Positions 29,394-42,402 of a stretch of DNA of 64,000 bases are shown here, in pieces; within the stretch, counting starts at the first letter, position 1, and each line of letters starts with the position of its first letter. A program made the translations under genes and the position numbers. Source of the stretch: the human T2T-CHM13v2.0 reference genome, Homo sapiens. The DNA is taken from NCBI RefSeq assembly GCF_009914755.1, contig NC_060939.1. One strand, given 5' to 3'. Under the pieces are notes generated by a model that was not told where the DNA came from, ran no database searches, and worked only from the letters and a program-made list of their open reading frames with translations.

Positions 29394-29811
29394 ATTCACA
29401 AAGATATTCTTCTCCATTTTAATGCAAGTTTTTGATTCCATATAGACACTGCCAAATACTCTAACCTAAAACTCCTGGTATATGTCAAGCAATAGTATTT
29501 TCTAGAGCAAGAGGGCACAGGTTGCGAAACAGTGCTACTTAGCTATGCGGAATGCTACTCAATTATTCTGCTGCCTAAACATTGATCAAGCAACTAAGAC
29601 CTAGGATTCAAATAAATTATAAGTTGATTTTAAAAAGGACTAAACATCTATAATTTGGGTTGGAATATTCCAGAAGTAACTAAAATTAACAAAATCTCAA
29701 AAAATTATTTGCAATCAAGAAAGCATAGAAACAAAAAGTGAGAATTTGTCATAATAGAACTCAGAATTCAGTGTGAGAAAACAACAGAATTTGTTAGAAA
29801 TACCAGGTCCC

Positions 29812-30109
29812 AGCTGGGCACGGTGGCTCACGCCTGTAATCCCAGCACTTTGGGAGGCCGAGGCAGGTGAATCATGAGGTCAGGAGTTCAAGACCAGCCT
29901 GACCAACATGGTGAAATCCCATCTCTACTGAGAATACAAAAATTAGCCGGGCGTGGTGGCACATGCCTGTAGTCCCAGCTACTCGGGAGGCTGAGGCAGA
30001 AGAATCCCTTGAACCCGGGCAGCGGAGGTTACAGTGAGCCTAGATTGTGCCACTGCACTCCAGCCTGGGTGACAGAGTGACTATGTCTCAAAAGAAGAAA
30101 AGAAAAGAA
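29812..30109 (+). mobile_element. AluS (Sg-like)
   Basis: Full dimer; perfect 16-bp TSD agaaataccaggtccc at 29796-29811 and 30110-30125. Confidence 0.97.
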
Positions 30110-30882
30110 AGAAATACCAGGTCCCTTGCATAATATTCTAGTATTATTTCACCTAACAACATTATACCAAACACTGGAGTTGTCCTGAGTTGTTTCCAGG
30201 TTTGTGAACTCTGCAATTTACTTGCTTTTGCAAGTGAGATGGGGCTCAAGTATTTAAGCTTGAACCTCCATATATAACTAAATATTATAACCAGCAAGAT
30301 ATATTGGATAAAATCAACTTTTAAAAGAGGAAATATGATCTTCCATCTAAAAAAGCCATGTTTCAATTATTATGACATACTATTTATATTACAATGTATT
30401 CATTTGCATTCAGTGATCATCTCCAGCACTGTCCTGTTCACTAAGGAATTCTCATAACTATTCATCCAAAATCTCAAATGATTCCTGCTTTGAAGTCAAT
30501 CTCCTAAGTGAGTAATGTCGCTTTTTTCTCTAAAATACTTTAAAATATTTTCAAATATATTCTTGAGATTCAATTTTAAGTAGAGTTATTTTAAACCAAC
30601 AACCAATACCCATGGACTTATTACACAGCTTTAACAAATATAAATTTCTGCCATGCCCGCATCAGATTTTTTATGGCCTCTCCATAAATGGATCTGGGAA
30701 GAAAAACTCCAGTAGACAACACACTTTTATTCTGTAAGTGTATTAGGAACTGGTTAAAATTTATATATCTTTATTTAGGCTTTTTAAGTATCAGGAATAG
30801 GACCTTCTGCAGGCATAATGGTATATCTCCATTTAAAATATTTTAAATAAATGTAAACAGCAAGACAGAAACAAAAAAAAAA

Positions 30883-30986
30883 TTTAACATAAATGTATTG
30901 TACCTCTCCTGTCTCAGATGACCAGCTGAAATTTTTAACATAAATTTATTGTACCTTTCCTGTCTCAGATCCCCAGCTGAACTTTT
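30883..30986. repeat. 51-bp tandem duplication (2 copies)
   Basis: tttaacataaatKtattgtacctYtcctgtctcagatNNccagctgaa starts at 30883 and 30934. Confidence 0.9.
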
Positions 30987-31956
30987 GAAACAAACATCCT
31001 AGGCATAGAAACATAAGCTACTTTATTTTTCTATGCCTTTTCTTCCCATCCCTGAGTCAGCCAGCCTCCTGTGGTATAGTGACATCCTGGATGGAAGTAA
31101 AATAATCAAAATTACAGGGTCCCTTGGGAAGGAAACCAATTCCCAGCAGTGATTCCTTATATAGAAAAGAGATAGCTAAACTCATGGTCACAATGGCATG
31201 AATTAGTTATGGCAAGGTTAATATCTTGTATAGAAAAAAATAATTTTTGGCTTAAATTGGTACCAAGGAGATAGGAAGGTTGAAAGGCTGTCTCCTCACT
31301 AACAAAATCCGCACTACCTTTTTTAGCAACAAAATGAACAAAAAACACAAAATATACATTTAAAGGGAACACAAAAAGCTGGAGTTCTTACATGAGACAG
31401 GGAAGCTTGCCTTTAGGATAACAAGAACAAGCTCCAATACTCTTACTCTAAGACACTTTTTCTCATATATTGGTAGGATAGAAAGATCATCTGATTAGCA
31501 CTTCAACAAAGCAGAAGATGAGACAGATTCAAAACAAATCCTCCCCTTATCATCTCCTCCTATACTCCCTTACTTTTATTTACAAGTACATAAAATACTG
31601 CATATTATAATGAATTCCGGTTTCAAACCTTGACATTCTCTTTTGTTAGGAGGCTATGACAGCGTGCTTTGATTCAGGGTGTTGTATCCCAGCCTCGTGG
31701 CCTCACTGAGCACCATTCTTATGCTTGCTCTCCTCCAAGGACACTTTGGAAGAAAGGATGGTACATACATATTTTCCTTCTCATTACAGCCCTATGTCTA
31801 TGTCTGTGAAATTTTGAACCTTGAAATTCTGACTATTTCTACAAGTGAAGAATCAAACGTTCTCTATTACACTCTAAGTTTCCAATAATATGGTCTCAGA
31901 GCAAGTAAGTCCTCCCTGGCAAAACAGCCAGGTTTGAATCAGAAAGGACTATTTCA

Positions 31957-32240
31957 GGCCAGGTGTGGTAGTTCACCCGTGTAATTCTAACACTTTGGAG
32001 GCCAAGGCAGGAGGATTGCTTGAGCCCAGGAGGTCAAAGCCGCAGCAAGCTGTGAACACGCCACTGCACTCCAGCCTGGGTGACAGAACGAGCCCTGTCA
32101 AAACAGAGAAAAAAGAAAAGAAAAGAAAGAGAAAGAGAAAAGGAAAAAGAAAGGAAGAAAAGGAAGAGAGGAAGGGAGGGAGGGAGGGAGGGATGGAAGG
32201 ATGGAGGAGGAAGCGAGAGAGGTAGGGAGGGAGGGAGGAC
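31957..32240 (+). mobile_element. Monomeric AluJ/FRAM-like element with expanded AAAAG/GGGA tail
   Basis: Left-arm-like start joined to a right-arm-like end, then ~135 nt of purine repeat. Confidence 0.8.
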
Positions 32241-32547
32241 CATTTCAAAAGTCACTATGTCTATATAAAACTATTTTAAAAACATAGAAATTCAACCAGA
32301 AAACCTTAGCGATCCAAGTACATGAAGAAAGAGGAAATTTCTCTCTAGGCAGAACCAATGCAGACTGGCCGTTCTGAACAAAGTGACACGTATTACTAAT
32401 ATTTCCTGAGCATCCTCTGAACATGTGTGGTACTAGACTACAGCAAACCCACTGTAGACACAGGAAGTCTCTTGAGTGAGAAAAACAGAGTGGGGGAGTA
32501 CATTTAATAATTGGAAATAAAACATCAAATGAAAATTAAAGCGTACA

Positions 32548-32869
<322 letters not shown>

Positions 32870-33405
32870 TTAAGGTGTACAAATTCGTCCCCAGGCGTTT
32901 GAGAAAAACAGAATTCGGCCTTACTTTTTCCCTTTCCCCTGGTTCCTACACCCAAGAAATATTAGAAGGATATATTAATAAACCACAAACTTAGAAGAAA
33001 CCAGAGAATAATGTTCACTTTCACCCTGAAGTCCCAAGTCTAACAAGAACAAACATGTGAAAAATGGACAGAGGAAAGAGATGTATGTCCATGCCAGGCA
33101 AAAGTTAAGGAGTAGGGGTAGCAGAACAAGATAAATAAAAAAACAGACAATAAATGGGACCTACTGGCTCATATAATGCTCCAGGTTTCTTTTTCATCCT
33201 GTTCAGAAAGGTTGACATACTTGAGAATATTCCACATTTTAAGTCTACTCTAATAAAGAACCGTTTACTTCCTCTCTGCATATCAATTTGATTATAGCTT
33301 ACTCCAAAGGACACAACCACAGAAGAGTCACCTCGTAAACCCCTCTTCAAAATAAAAATTGGAATTTAAATGGGTATCTAGGCTATTATTTAAAGACTGC
33401 ACGGT

Positions 33406-33672
33406 TGGCCAGGCACGGTGTCCCATGCCTGCAATCCCAGCACTTTGGGAGGCCAAGGAGGAAGGATTGCTTGAGCCCAAGAGTTTGAGATCAGCCTGGG
33501 CAATATGGCAAAACCATATACAAAAATTAGCCAGGCATGCTAGGGTGTGGCTGTAATCCCAGCTACTCAGGAGGCTGAGGTGGAAGGATCACATGAGCCC
33601 AGGAGGTTGAGGCCGCACTCCAGCCTGGGCAACAAAGCAAGACCCTGTCTCAAAAACAAGCAAGCAAATAAA
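33406..33672 (+). mobile_element. AluJ with internal deletions
   Basis: ggattgcttgagcccaagagtt...gaggttgaggccgcactccagcc. Confidence 0.9.
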
Positions 33673-36007
33673 ACTGCACTATTTATGAACCTACAGAAAA
33701 CACTCTTATCTGAGCAATTCATCTCCCACAAATACTTGTATGGCCTTAAGTTAAACCTCAACCTTTATGAGCCTCGGTTTCCTCCTTTAAAAAATGAAAG
33801 ATTTGGACCAAATGTTATCTGTTTTCAGAATGAACATTCTATAATGTTCCTGAAGAGTGAGAAAAAAGACACCAATGGTTCATAACATGTCAGCTTTACT
33901 AAACTAAGAGAAGTTCGTTAGGCATCCTCAGGAATCGTAAAGGACACATGTAGAGAAACACTAAGGAGCTCCAGTGATCAAGAAAAATGCAATGCATATA
34001 TGCTTATATATTTTTCTTTTATCAACTGCTGGTTAATTAGAATAGCATGAGCAATCCAAGAGATTCAAGATTGGTATTAGAGAAAACCATTCAGGTGAAC
34101 ACTAACTTGTTCTAGCTATGAATTTGTTAAATCTCTGTTTTCTGGGTTTTAAAAAATAATCAGCTCACTTTTTCACTATGATTGTAAAGGAAAAAAAAGA
34201 ATGAGAATAACAAGGGAGAAGATTTAAGACATCCTGGTTGAATCCATGATATTGTTTAACATTATCTCATAGTAAACTAATATGACTCAGAGCAACTAGG
34301 CACAGAAGAAATAGGTACAAGGAACCCAAACATGTAGAGCTGAAGACACATTAAAGTATGTAAGTATGTCAGGAGCAGCAAGTTCTTATTTAGGAATTAT
34401 ACTGTATAGCTGACAGACATGCACACTCCCACACAGACTAGATTTAATAACATCTTTTGTCAGCAGCACACCTTTCAAGAATCATCGCACTGGTAATGTC
34501 TTAACTTGACAAGACCTCAGTGCAACAGCCTGCTCTAACGTGATTCCACCTTACCTGTTGCATTACTTACGCAAGGCTGTTATAGTACTGTCCCACACAT
34601 GAACTCTCCAAACGTGCTGCCTCCCAGGCAACACGTCCCCTGATTTCTCTTGTTGTGGGCTGATGGCCATATATGACATGAGCACAAACTATGAATATTA
34701 AATATACATGTATGGGTATCCTGGGAGATCAGGCAAAAGGCATCAATGAGTATATTAAAGCCTTGGGCACTACAGTAGGTAGTCATGCACCCACATAAGA
34801 AAGAAAAGGGAGTGACACACAGAAAAGAGAGGCAAGGTCTAAAGTGAAACCTGCCCCACAACTTGGCCCATTTATCATTATCTGTACACAGAGAACCCCA
34901 AATTACTTCTTGCTCTAAGCAGAGTGTAGGCAAGGACCTTAACTAGTTCCCAAATCCCATGTGTACCATATGCAAAACGTTATCAACAAGAGTATGAAAA
35001 TTACTAACTTGCAATACCATTCCGACTTCAAAATATAATGGAAAAAATACAGCTAAATGTAGCCTGCCCTAAAAATCGTATCGCTAGAGCCTCCAATCAG
35101 AACTTAAAAAAGATTAACATAGGATTCAGAAACACTCTGCAAGTAAAAACTTTCTCACTTTAAAATAGAGATCATCAAATTGAAAAAATGCTGTGACTTG
35201 CTGAGGTCACACTGAGTTTTTATATAAACATACAATCACAACTTGGTTCCAAGACTCCTCCAATTTTGGGCAGCAACGCCTCTTAATTTTCTCTCAAAAT
35301 TGTGGAGAGAAAATAACTGAATTAAGAAATCCAAAAGGTAATGTGAAAAATATTAACAGCGATGCCTTATCAATTTTCCTAAAAAATATGAAGCGGATGA
35401 ATTTCATTTCACTTTCCGCATGCACAGTTTATAACACATAATTATCTTTTTGCTTGAGTTATTAGCAGTCAAGAAAAACTCATTTGCAAGTTAGCACTCC
35501 TGCGTACTAATATATTTTTTCCGGACTTTTCAGTTTAAATGAAACAAGTAGCAAGCATAAGAGTATTGCTCCCATTGTCATGACCAGATCAAAAGGCACC
35601 AAACTAAACAACATAACCAAGTTTTTTTAAGTAGCCAAAAGCTTTCTTCTTTTAACAGATACTAAAAATGGGGGGAAGGGGAGGAAACACAAGTTTCCCA
35701 AACAATGAAATGGCTCATTTTCTATACAATACACCAAAAGGGCCTACTGCTGCATAGCCAACTGTATGCATACCACAGGGGGCGAGAGTGCAATATAAAG
35801 AATAGTCATGGGTTTTGGAATCAGATTGAAAGGAATTCACACTGCAGTTCCATTACACACTAGTTATGTGATCCTTCTTACCTAACTTCTTTGAGCTTAA
35901 TTTATCTCATCTATAAAATTGTCTAATACTAACACTGAAGGGCTATTTTGAATTTAAATAAAATGTATACAAAATACCAAATATCTAGCCAGGTACTCTA
36001 TAAACAA

Positions 36008-36340
36008 GTTTTGTTTTTTTGTTTTTGAAACGGAGTCTCACTCTGTTGCCCAGGCTGGAGTGCAGTGGCGCGATCTTGGCTCACTCCAACCTCAGCTCAC
36101 TGCAACCTCCACCTCCCAAGTTCAAGCAATCCTCCTGCCTCAGCCTCCCTAGTAGCTGGGACTACAGGTACATGCCACCATGCCCTGCTAATTTTTGTAT
36201 TTTTTCTTTTTTTTTTTATTAGTAGAGACAAGATTTCACCACACTGGCCAGGCTGGTCTTGAACTCCTGACCTCAGATGATCCACCCGCCTCAGCCTCCC
36301 AAAGTGCTGGGATTACAGGCATGAACCACCACACCCAGCA
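36008..36340 (-). mobile_element. Alu (J/S) with a short internal duplication
   Basis: Antisense dimer; gctcactccaacctc followed by agctcactgcaacctc at about 36079-36109. Confidence 0.92.
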
Positions 36341-37296
36341 CTAAATAAGAGTTATTTTAACACATTTGTTAACACCTACATCTCTGCAGATGTAGAGCTG
36401 CATCTGCAGCTCTGCCCCCAACAAATTAAGCCAATCTAATTCAGAGGTTGGCCCTAATGCATTTTTCAGCAGTGCTGCCTTCTCAATTTCAAATTCCTAT
36501 AAGATCACACCCTCTCCCATCCCAATCCAAACCCTAGTAATGACCCCAAGAATTACCAAATGCTATGCTCTGCCAAAAATAAAAATTAAAAAAGGAAAAA
36601 AATAAATGGAAGTATTTCTGATAATACTACTAAAATATTTTCTGGAGCAAAGCAATAACATATGGTTAAGAGGCCAAATCTCAGTCCCAATGGTCAAATT
36701 CAATTTGATTGACTGCTATTAACTCAGCACTGCCAAATCTTGATCCTTTTTTAAGATTTTACAATTTTTTTTAAATGCTATAAATGTTTACCCATATCTA
36801 CCACTGCACTGACTCAAAATTTTTGAATTTAGTAATGGAAACAAGAATTTGTTTAGGTTATGGCATTTCCAAGAACAGCAGTAAAGAATGTAGTTATGTT
36901 GTACATCCAAATACCATGATGCTTTCCCCATGATGTTTTCCCCTTATGAATCGAAAAACACATCAACCACATTCTCTCTCTCTCTCTGGACCAGCCCATC
37001 TGGACAACACCCCTAAAGCAACAAAGGCTACCTTAGAATTATCCCAACTTCTGAGGGAGATCAGTCAAATGGTTAGCATGTCCTGGGATGACTGTTGGAT
37101 CACTGGGACATGCCTCCTTCCTACCCATCAACTCCTGTTGGGATAATTTTTGAAAGACTGCACCTCTTAACTGCATGGACCATGACTGTCTCTTGCACAA
37201 GAAGCACAACATTAAGGCAGGTTTTTCTGAGCAACGGATTTTAGACGTGGATATATAAATCACTTGGGATATAGCTAACCATATACATATATGTCC

Positions 37297-37302
<6 letters not shown>

Positions 37303-37342
<40 letters not shown>

Positions 37343-37433
37343 TGTGTATATATACACACGTGTGTGTATGTGTGTGTATATATATATATACATATATATA
37401 TATACACACACATACACACACACACATATATAT
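37303..37433. repeat. Complex (TG)n-(TA)n-(CA)n microsatellite
   Basis: About 130 nt of nearly unbroken purine-pyrimidine alternation. Confidence 0.97.
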
Positions 37434-37809
37434 GGCTTCTTGGTAACCAACAAATGACAAAAGATAAAATAAGCTTTTTGTAACTGATTAATGAGGAAGA
37501 AATTAAAATCAATTATTGATGTTTCACCTTGTTTTACAAACGTACCCTCATTAACCCCATTCAGTTAACATAAACGCTTCCATTCTTCAAAGAAATTGAC
37601 AGAAGGGTCAATGACACAAGAATAGCACCATTTATAATACAGATAGATCTGCAGTAAAGCATAAATAAAAAGGGCAAGTATTTAGTCATTATAACTTGAC
37701 CTCTTGTCCAAGGCAATTCTTGGCTTCAGAGAGAACTAGTTCCCCTGAACTTTTAAGGAAAAACAGTATCTTTGCATAGCCTCAAAACATTATTTACTGT
37801 CATTGTTTT

Positions 37810-38485
37810 TAACACATGCCCAGAAATTCCTCCTTCCATGGATGAAGCTTACTCGCATCGTCTTGAGTGTGAGCAGGACTTAGTGACTCGCTGCTAGTGA
37901 ACAATAAATGGAAAGGGAAAAACAGGGAGTTTACAGGGAGAAACCTGACGGAGGTTTCTAAGTGGTAACTAAGAGTAACTAAGTGATCAGAGTTAACATC
38001 ATCAGCAGTAAGTCCTATAAATATTTTGTGTCCACTGACATGATCCAACAAGAAAGGTACATCATCTTAGGGTATTCTCCCCCAGAATCCATAATCTCAG
38101 CCTCATCATGAAAAAAAAAAAAATCAGAAAAACCCAAATTAAGGGACATTCTACAATATGGTCTACTCTTCAAAAGTGTCAATTTCAGAAAAGACTGAGA
38201 AACTGTCACAAATAAGAAGAGACTAAGGAAATACAAAGAATAAATGTAATGTGGTATCCTGAGTTAGAAGAGAAAAAGGACATCAGTGGAAAAAATTGGA
38301 GAAATGCAAATAAAGTCTGTGGTATACCAATGTTAATTTCTTAGTTTTGATAAAGATACCATGGTTATATAAAATAATAATATTAAGGGAAGCTGGGTAG
38401 AAAGTACACGGAAATTCACTGTATTATCTTTGTAACTCTTCTGAAAAATCTAAAAAGTATTAGAAAATAAAAAGTTTACAAAATA
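37810..38485 (+). mobile_element. L1MC/MD-type 3' UTR fragment
   Basis: aaacccaaattaagggacattctacaa...tgtaatgtggtatcctg...ccaatgttaatttcttagttttgataaa. Confidence 0.75.
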
Positions 38486-38586
38486 AGTAATTGGACCTTA
38501 ATGTCATTTTATTAAGTTAATCTACATACAAGATATTCTGCAAACTCAATCACTTTCCTCACCTGTTAGAATAGATTCATGGTAGG

Positions 38587-38880
<294 letters not shown>

Positions 38881-39311
38881 TATTCATAGTAGGTTTCTAT
38901 ATGAGTTGCTTTTCATTGAAGAACAAACATCTTCCCAGGACTTCGGTCTTTAAAAATGAGACAAACTTTAGTAGCAAACATAGGGACCTTTGATGCAGTA
39001 AATCACACCCAATAACCACAAATAACAGTTCATTCACTCATTCAGCAAGCTCTGTCATCATGAACCATGTGCCATGTCCTGTGTCATACACTAACAATGA
39101 AAAGATCTACCCTCAAGAGATGAACCAACCAATATTTTCACCTCAAGAGCAGTGGAATCAGAAAAGCCTCCTTGACCTTGACCAGCTGAACCTTTCCTGG
39201 GTTATCCCACAGCATTCTGTATCCCACAGCACTCTGTACCTGCCACACTGAACTGTATTTGTTGGTTTCCTCACATCTATATCACCTCACAAGAGATATT
39301 TGCCAATAACT

Positions 39312-39834
39312 ATGCAGGGTCTGAGATTCCACCTTATCTGTAAGCTAACAGGTTGGCCTGTTACTGTTTCATGGGTGCTAGCAGAAGACATGAGACACCT
39401 GGGCCAGAGACAAAAGGTGTCTCTGGCAAAAGGAGTAGTCAAACTTCATGTTAATTTTTGTTGGTTCCTCATTGCCCCCGTCTCAGAGTGGTAATTCAAA
39501 GAGTCCTGTACATGCTGTGGGCTTTGTTACAGGGAAGGAACACTGAGCTGAGTGTTCCTTTGTTACCAGAAAGGAACACTGAGCTGAGTGTTCCTTTGTT
39601 ACCAGAAAGGAACACTGAGCTGAGTGCATGCCCTCAGCTCAGTGTTCCTTTTTCAGTAAGAGTAAGTTTCTTGAGTAAGTAGAAGCAACCCTGGGGGAGA
39701 TATTACCTCATCCCTCAGGGTTGCTTGCTGGAAACACAACTATGAGAAATTCAGACAAAGAGCAGTCAGAGCCTTGCATTCTTGACATACCCATCAGGAG
39801 CAGTCTGGGCCACTGCAATTCAGCTCTCCCAACA
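39312..39834. mobile_element. ERVL-type solo LTR (family not determined)
   Basis: TG...CA termini; gtctgagatt...taagctaacaggttggcctg...tttcatgggtgctagcagaagacatgagac resembles ERVL LTR consensus as recalled. Confidence 0.55.
39522..39651. repeat. 36-bp tandem repeat (2.9 copies) plus an inverted partial copy
   Basis: Unit ctttgttaccagaaaggaacactgagctgagtgttc at 39522, 39558 and 39594; reverse-complement arm at 39633-39651. Confidence 0.95.
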
Positions 39835-40254
39835 ATATTCTGAAAGGCAGGCACTGTGTTGTAGGCATTTCTGTACCCTCAGCACCTGACATGATGCATG
39901 ATACACCTGATTCCTTAGTGTTTGGTAAGTAAGTACCTATAAGCTAGAAATCTTGAGTTTGAAGCCAAAGACTACTGTTCCCAATTCTGTGGCCACGTAC
40001 ACAGTCACTTAATCTTTTTAAGCTTCATTCTATTAATTTCTAGGAAATGTTCAAAAATAGAAGTTCAAGAAATATTCAGTGAAAAAACTATCTCTAAGGA
40101 TTCTTCTCTAATACTGAAAGGTTCATGATTCTCTCAAGGGCAGAATGCCAGAAAGCCCAGGTGCCTGATATCTCTCTGACAGATCTAACTCACATAGCAT
40201 TCCCCCATGGAGGCAGAAATTCATGATGGCATAACAAATTTAGGATTCTATTAA

Positions 40255-40618
<364 letters not shown>

Positions 40619-40852
40619 CACTGTAAATTTTTATAAACTCTGTATAAACACAAGGCAGAAGACTCTACAACTACAGAATTTTAAAGGTAAATATAAAACC
40701 ACATTAATTATCTACTTAGCTAGAAAGTAAGAGGTAAAGAAAGCAAGCTTTCTGAAACTTAATGATTTTTTAAAAACCAGCAGTAATATTATTAAAGACA
40801 ATATTTTCCTTCATGTGCAATACACAGGATATAATAGATCATGTGTATCAGG

Positions 40853-41152
40853 TTTTTGTTTTTGTTTTTTTTGAGACGGAGTCTCACTCTGTCACCTAGG
40901 CTTGAATGCAGTGGCGCAATCTTGGCTCACTGCAACCTCCGCCTCCCAGGTTCAAGATTCTCCTGTGTCAGCCGCCTGAGTAGCTGGGACTACAGGCACG
41001 TGCCACCATGCCCAGCTAATTGTTTTGTATTTTTAGTAGAGATGGGGTTTCACCATGTTAGCCAGGATGGTCTCGATCTCCTGACCTCGTGATCCGCCCA
41101 CCTCGGCCTCCCAAAGTGCTGGGATTACAGGCATGAGCCACCGCGCCCAGCC
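40853..41152 (-). mobile_element. AluS (Sc-like)
   Basis: Antisense dimer with gttagccaggatggtctcgatctcctgacctcgtg. Confidence 0.95.
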
Positions 41153-41619
41153 CAGGTTCTTTTCAAGTGCTAAATAAACAGATAAAATATAGATTTACTT
41201 TTCCAAGAGGAATTCTCACCACAGGCTATGAAAAGCAGTATGTTGACATCCTCACCACTCAATGCCTCTAAATTAAACAGTATATATTCATAATTCATCA
41301 GCATTAATTCCATCCTCAGGTCACTGAAAATTCTGAGACCAGTGCAGTATTCTCACAACAAATTATGTGAGGATATTCTTTCCATCCCACTCCACATATG
41401 ACAGTGACTAAGAATGTACAATGCAGTATCCCATATGTGCTTTATTCTTTTGCATATGTCACCTTTCTGTTGGAAAAGGTACATTTGAAGGTTTTTTCAT
41501 TTGATAAACTAAGATCAAATTCATTTATTATGCTGGCTTGCTTTTTATTTAACAAAAGGGGAAGGGAAAGGGAAAGGCCAGGAAAGGAAAAGAGAAAAAC
41601 AATGGACAGCCACCAGACA

Positions 41620-42402
41620 GTCTCTTGCCTCCACAGTGTTAGGATGGAATAAACCCACAGACTCAAGGTCTTCCCTACTCCAGCCTCAGATTACGCTCCA
41701 CTCTCCTCCCCAGCTGCAGCCTCTGGGACCATCTCTTTGCCCATCCCCTTCTTCTCAGGCCAGCGAACAATGGTTTTTTTCTCCAACCATGAGCTCCCAA
41801 ATCTACCAGAATTATTCCACTGAGGTCAAGGCTGCTGCCAGCTGCTTGGTCCACCTGCATCTGCAGGCCTCCTCTATTTATCTCTCTCTTTCTCTCTTTG
41901 GGCTTTTGTTTCAACTGCAACAGTGTGGCCCCAGAAGGCAGGAACCACTTCTGCTACAAGTTGGCAAACAAGCATGCCTAGAAGATTCATAATCAGCGCT
42001 GCATGCAGAAGCTGCCCCAAGATGAGTGGGATCACACCCTAGATGCCTAGGAAGCTTTCTGGCCCCATGGAAAACCCTAACCAGGTCCTGCTGGGTCTGC
42101 ATGCCCTGGGTTATGGCCATACAGACCCACATTCTCTGTGACTGTCTACACAAGGAGGTGAAATGCATCAAGAAGGAAAACCACCTGACCAACTTCCGTA
42201 GGCCAAAAGACTCACCCTCCAACACAACTGGGAGCCTCACAGTGCAGTGCCCTGAGGCCTGGCTGCAGCTCCCAAGCCTTGGGGCTTCTGTCCAGGTGCC
42301 TGCCTCCAGCCCAAAGGCAGCTTCTTAACCAACCACAAACCTTCTCTGAAGCTGCAGACCAAGTGTAAACAACACAGCTTCTTTTTTTGCAGAAACAAAA
42401 AA
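41620..42402 (+). pseudogene. Processed ferritin light chain (FTL-like) pseudogene, decayed, with internal deletions and frameshifts
   Basis: CCAACC-ATG at 41789 gives MSSQIYQNYSTEVKAAASCLVHLHLQASSIYLSL (FTL: [34 protein letters not shown]). Later segment THILCDCLHKEVKCIKKENHLTNFRR resembles FTL DPHLCDFLE..EEVKLIKKMGDHLTNLHR. FTL-like 5' UTR with IRE remnant, FTL-like 3' UTR (CTCCAGCCCAAAGGCAGCTTCTTAAC), no introns, short A-rich tail. Confidence 0.9.

Noticed and set aside
37039-37512. 157-aa ORF with HT repeats
   Set aside because: Stop-free reading caused by the TG/TA/CA microsatellite.
39522-39651. 36-bp palindromic repeats resembling a CRISPR array
   Set aside because: The units are head-to-tail with no unique spacers, there are no cas genes, and the context is a primate intron.
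41636-42328. ORFs over the FTL retrocopy as a functional ferritin
   Set aside because: Frameshift after about 34 codons, internal deletions and heavy divergence; a pseudogene.
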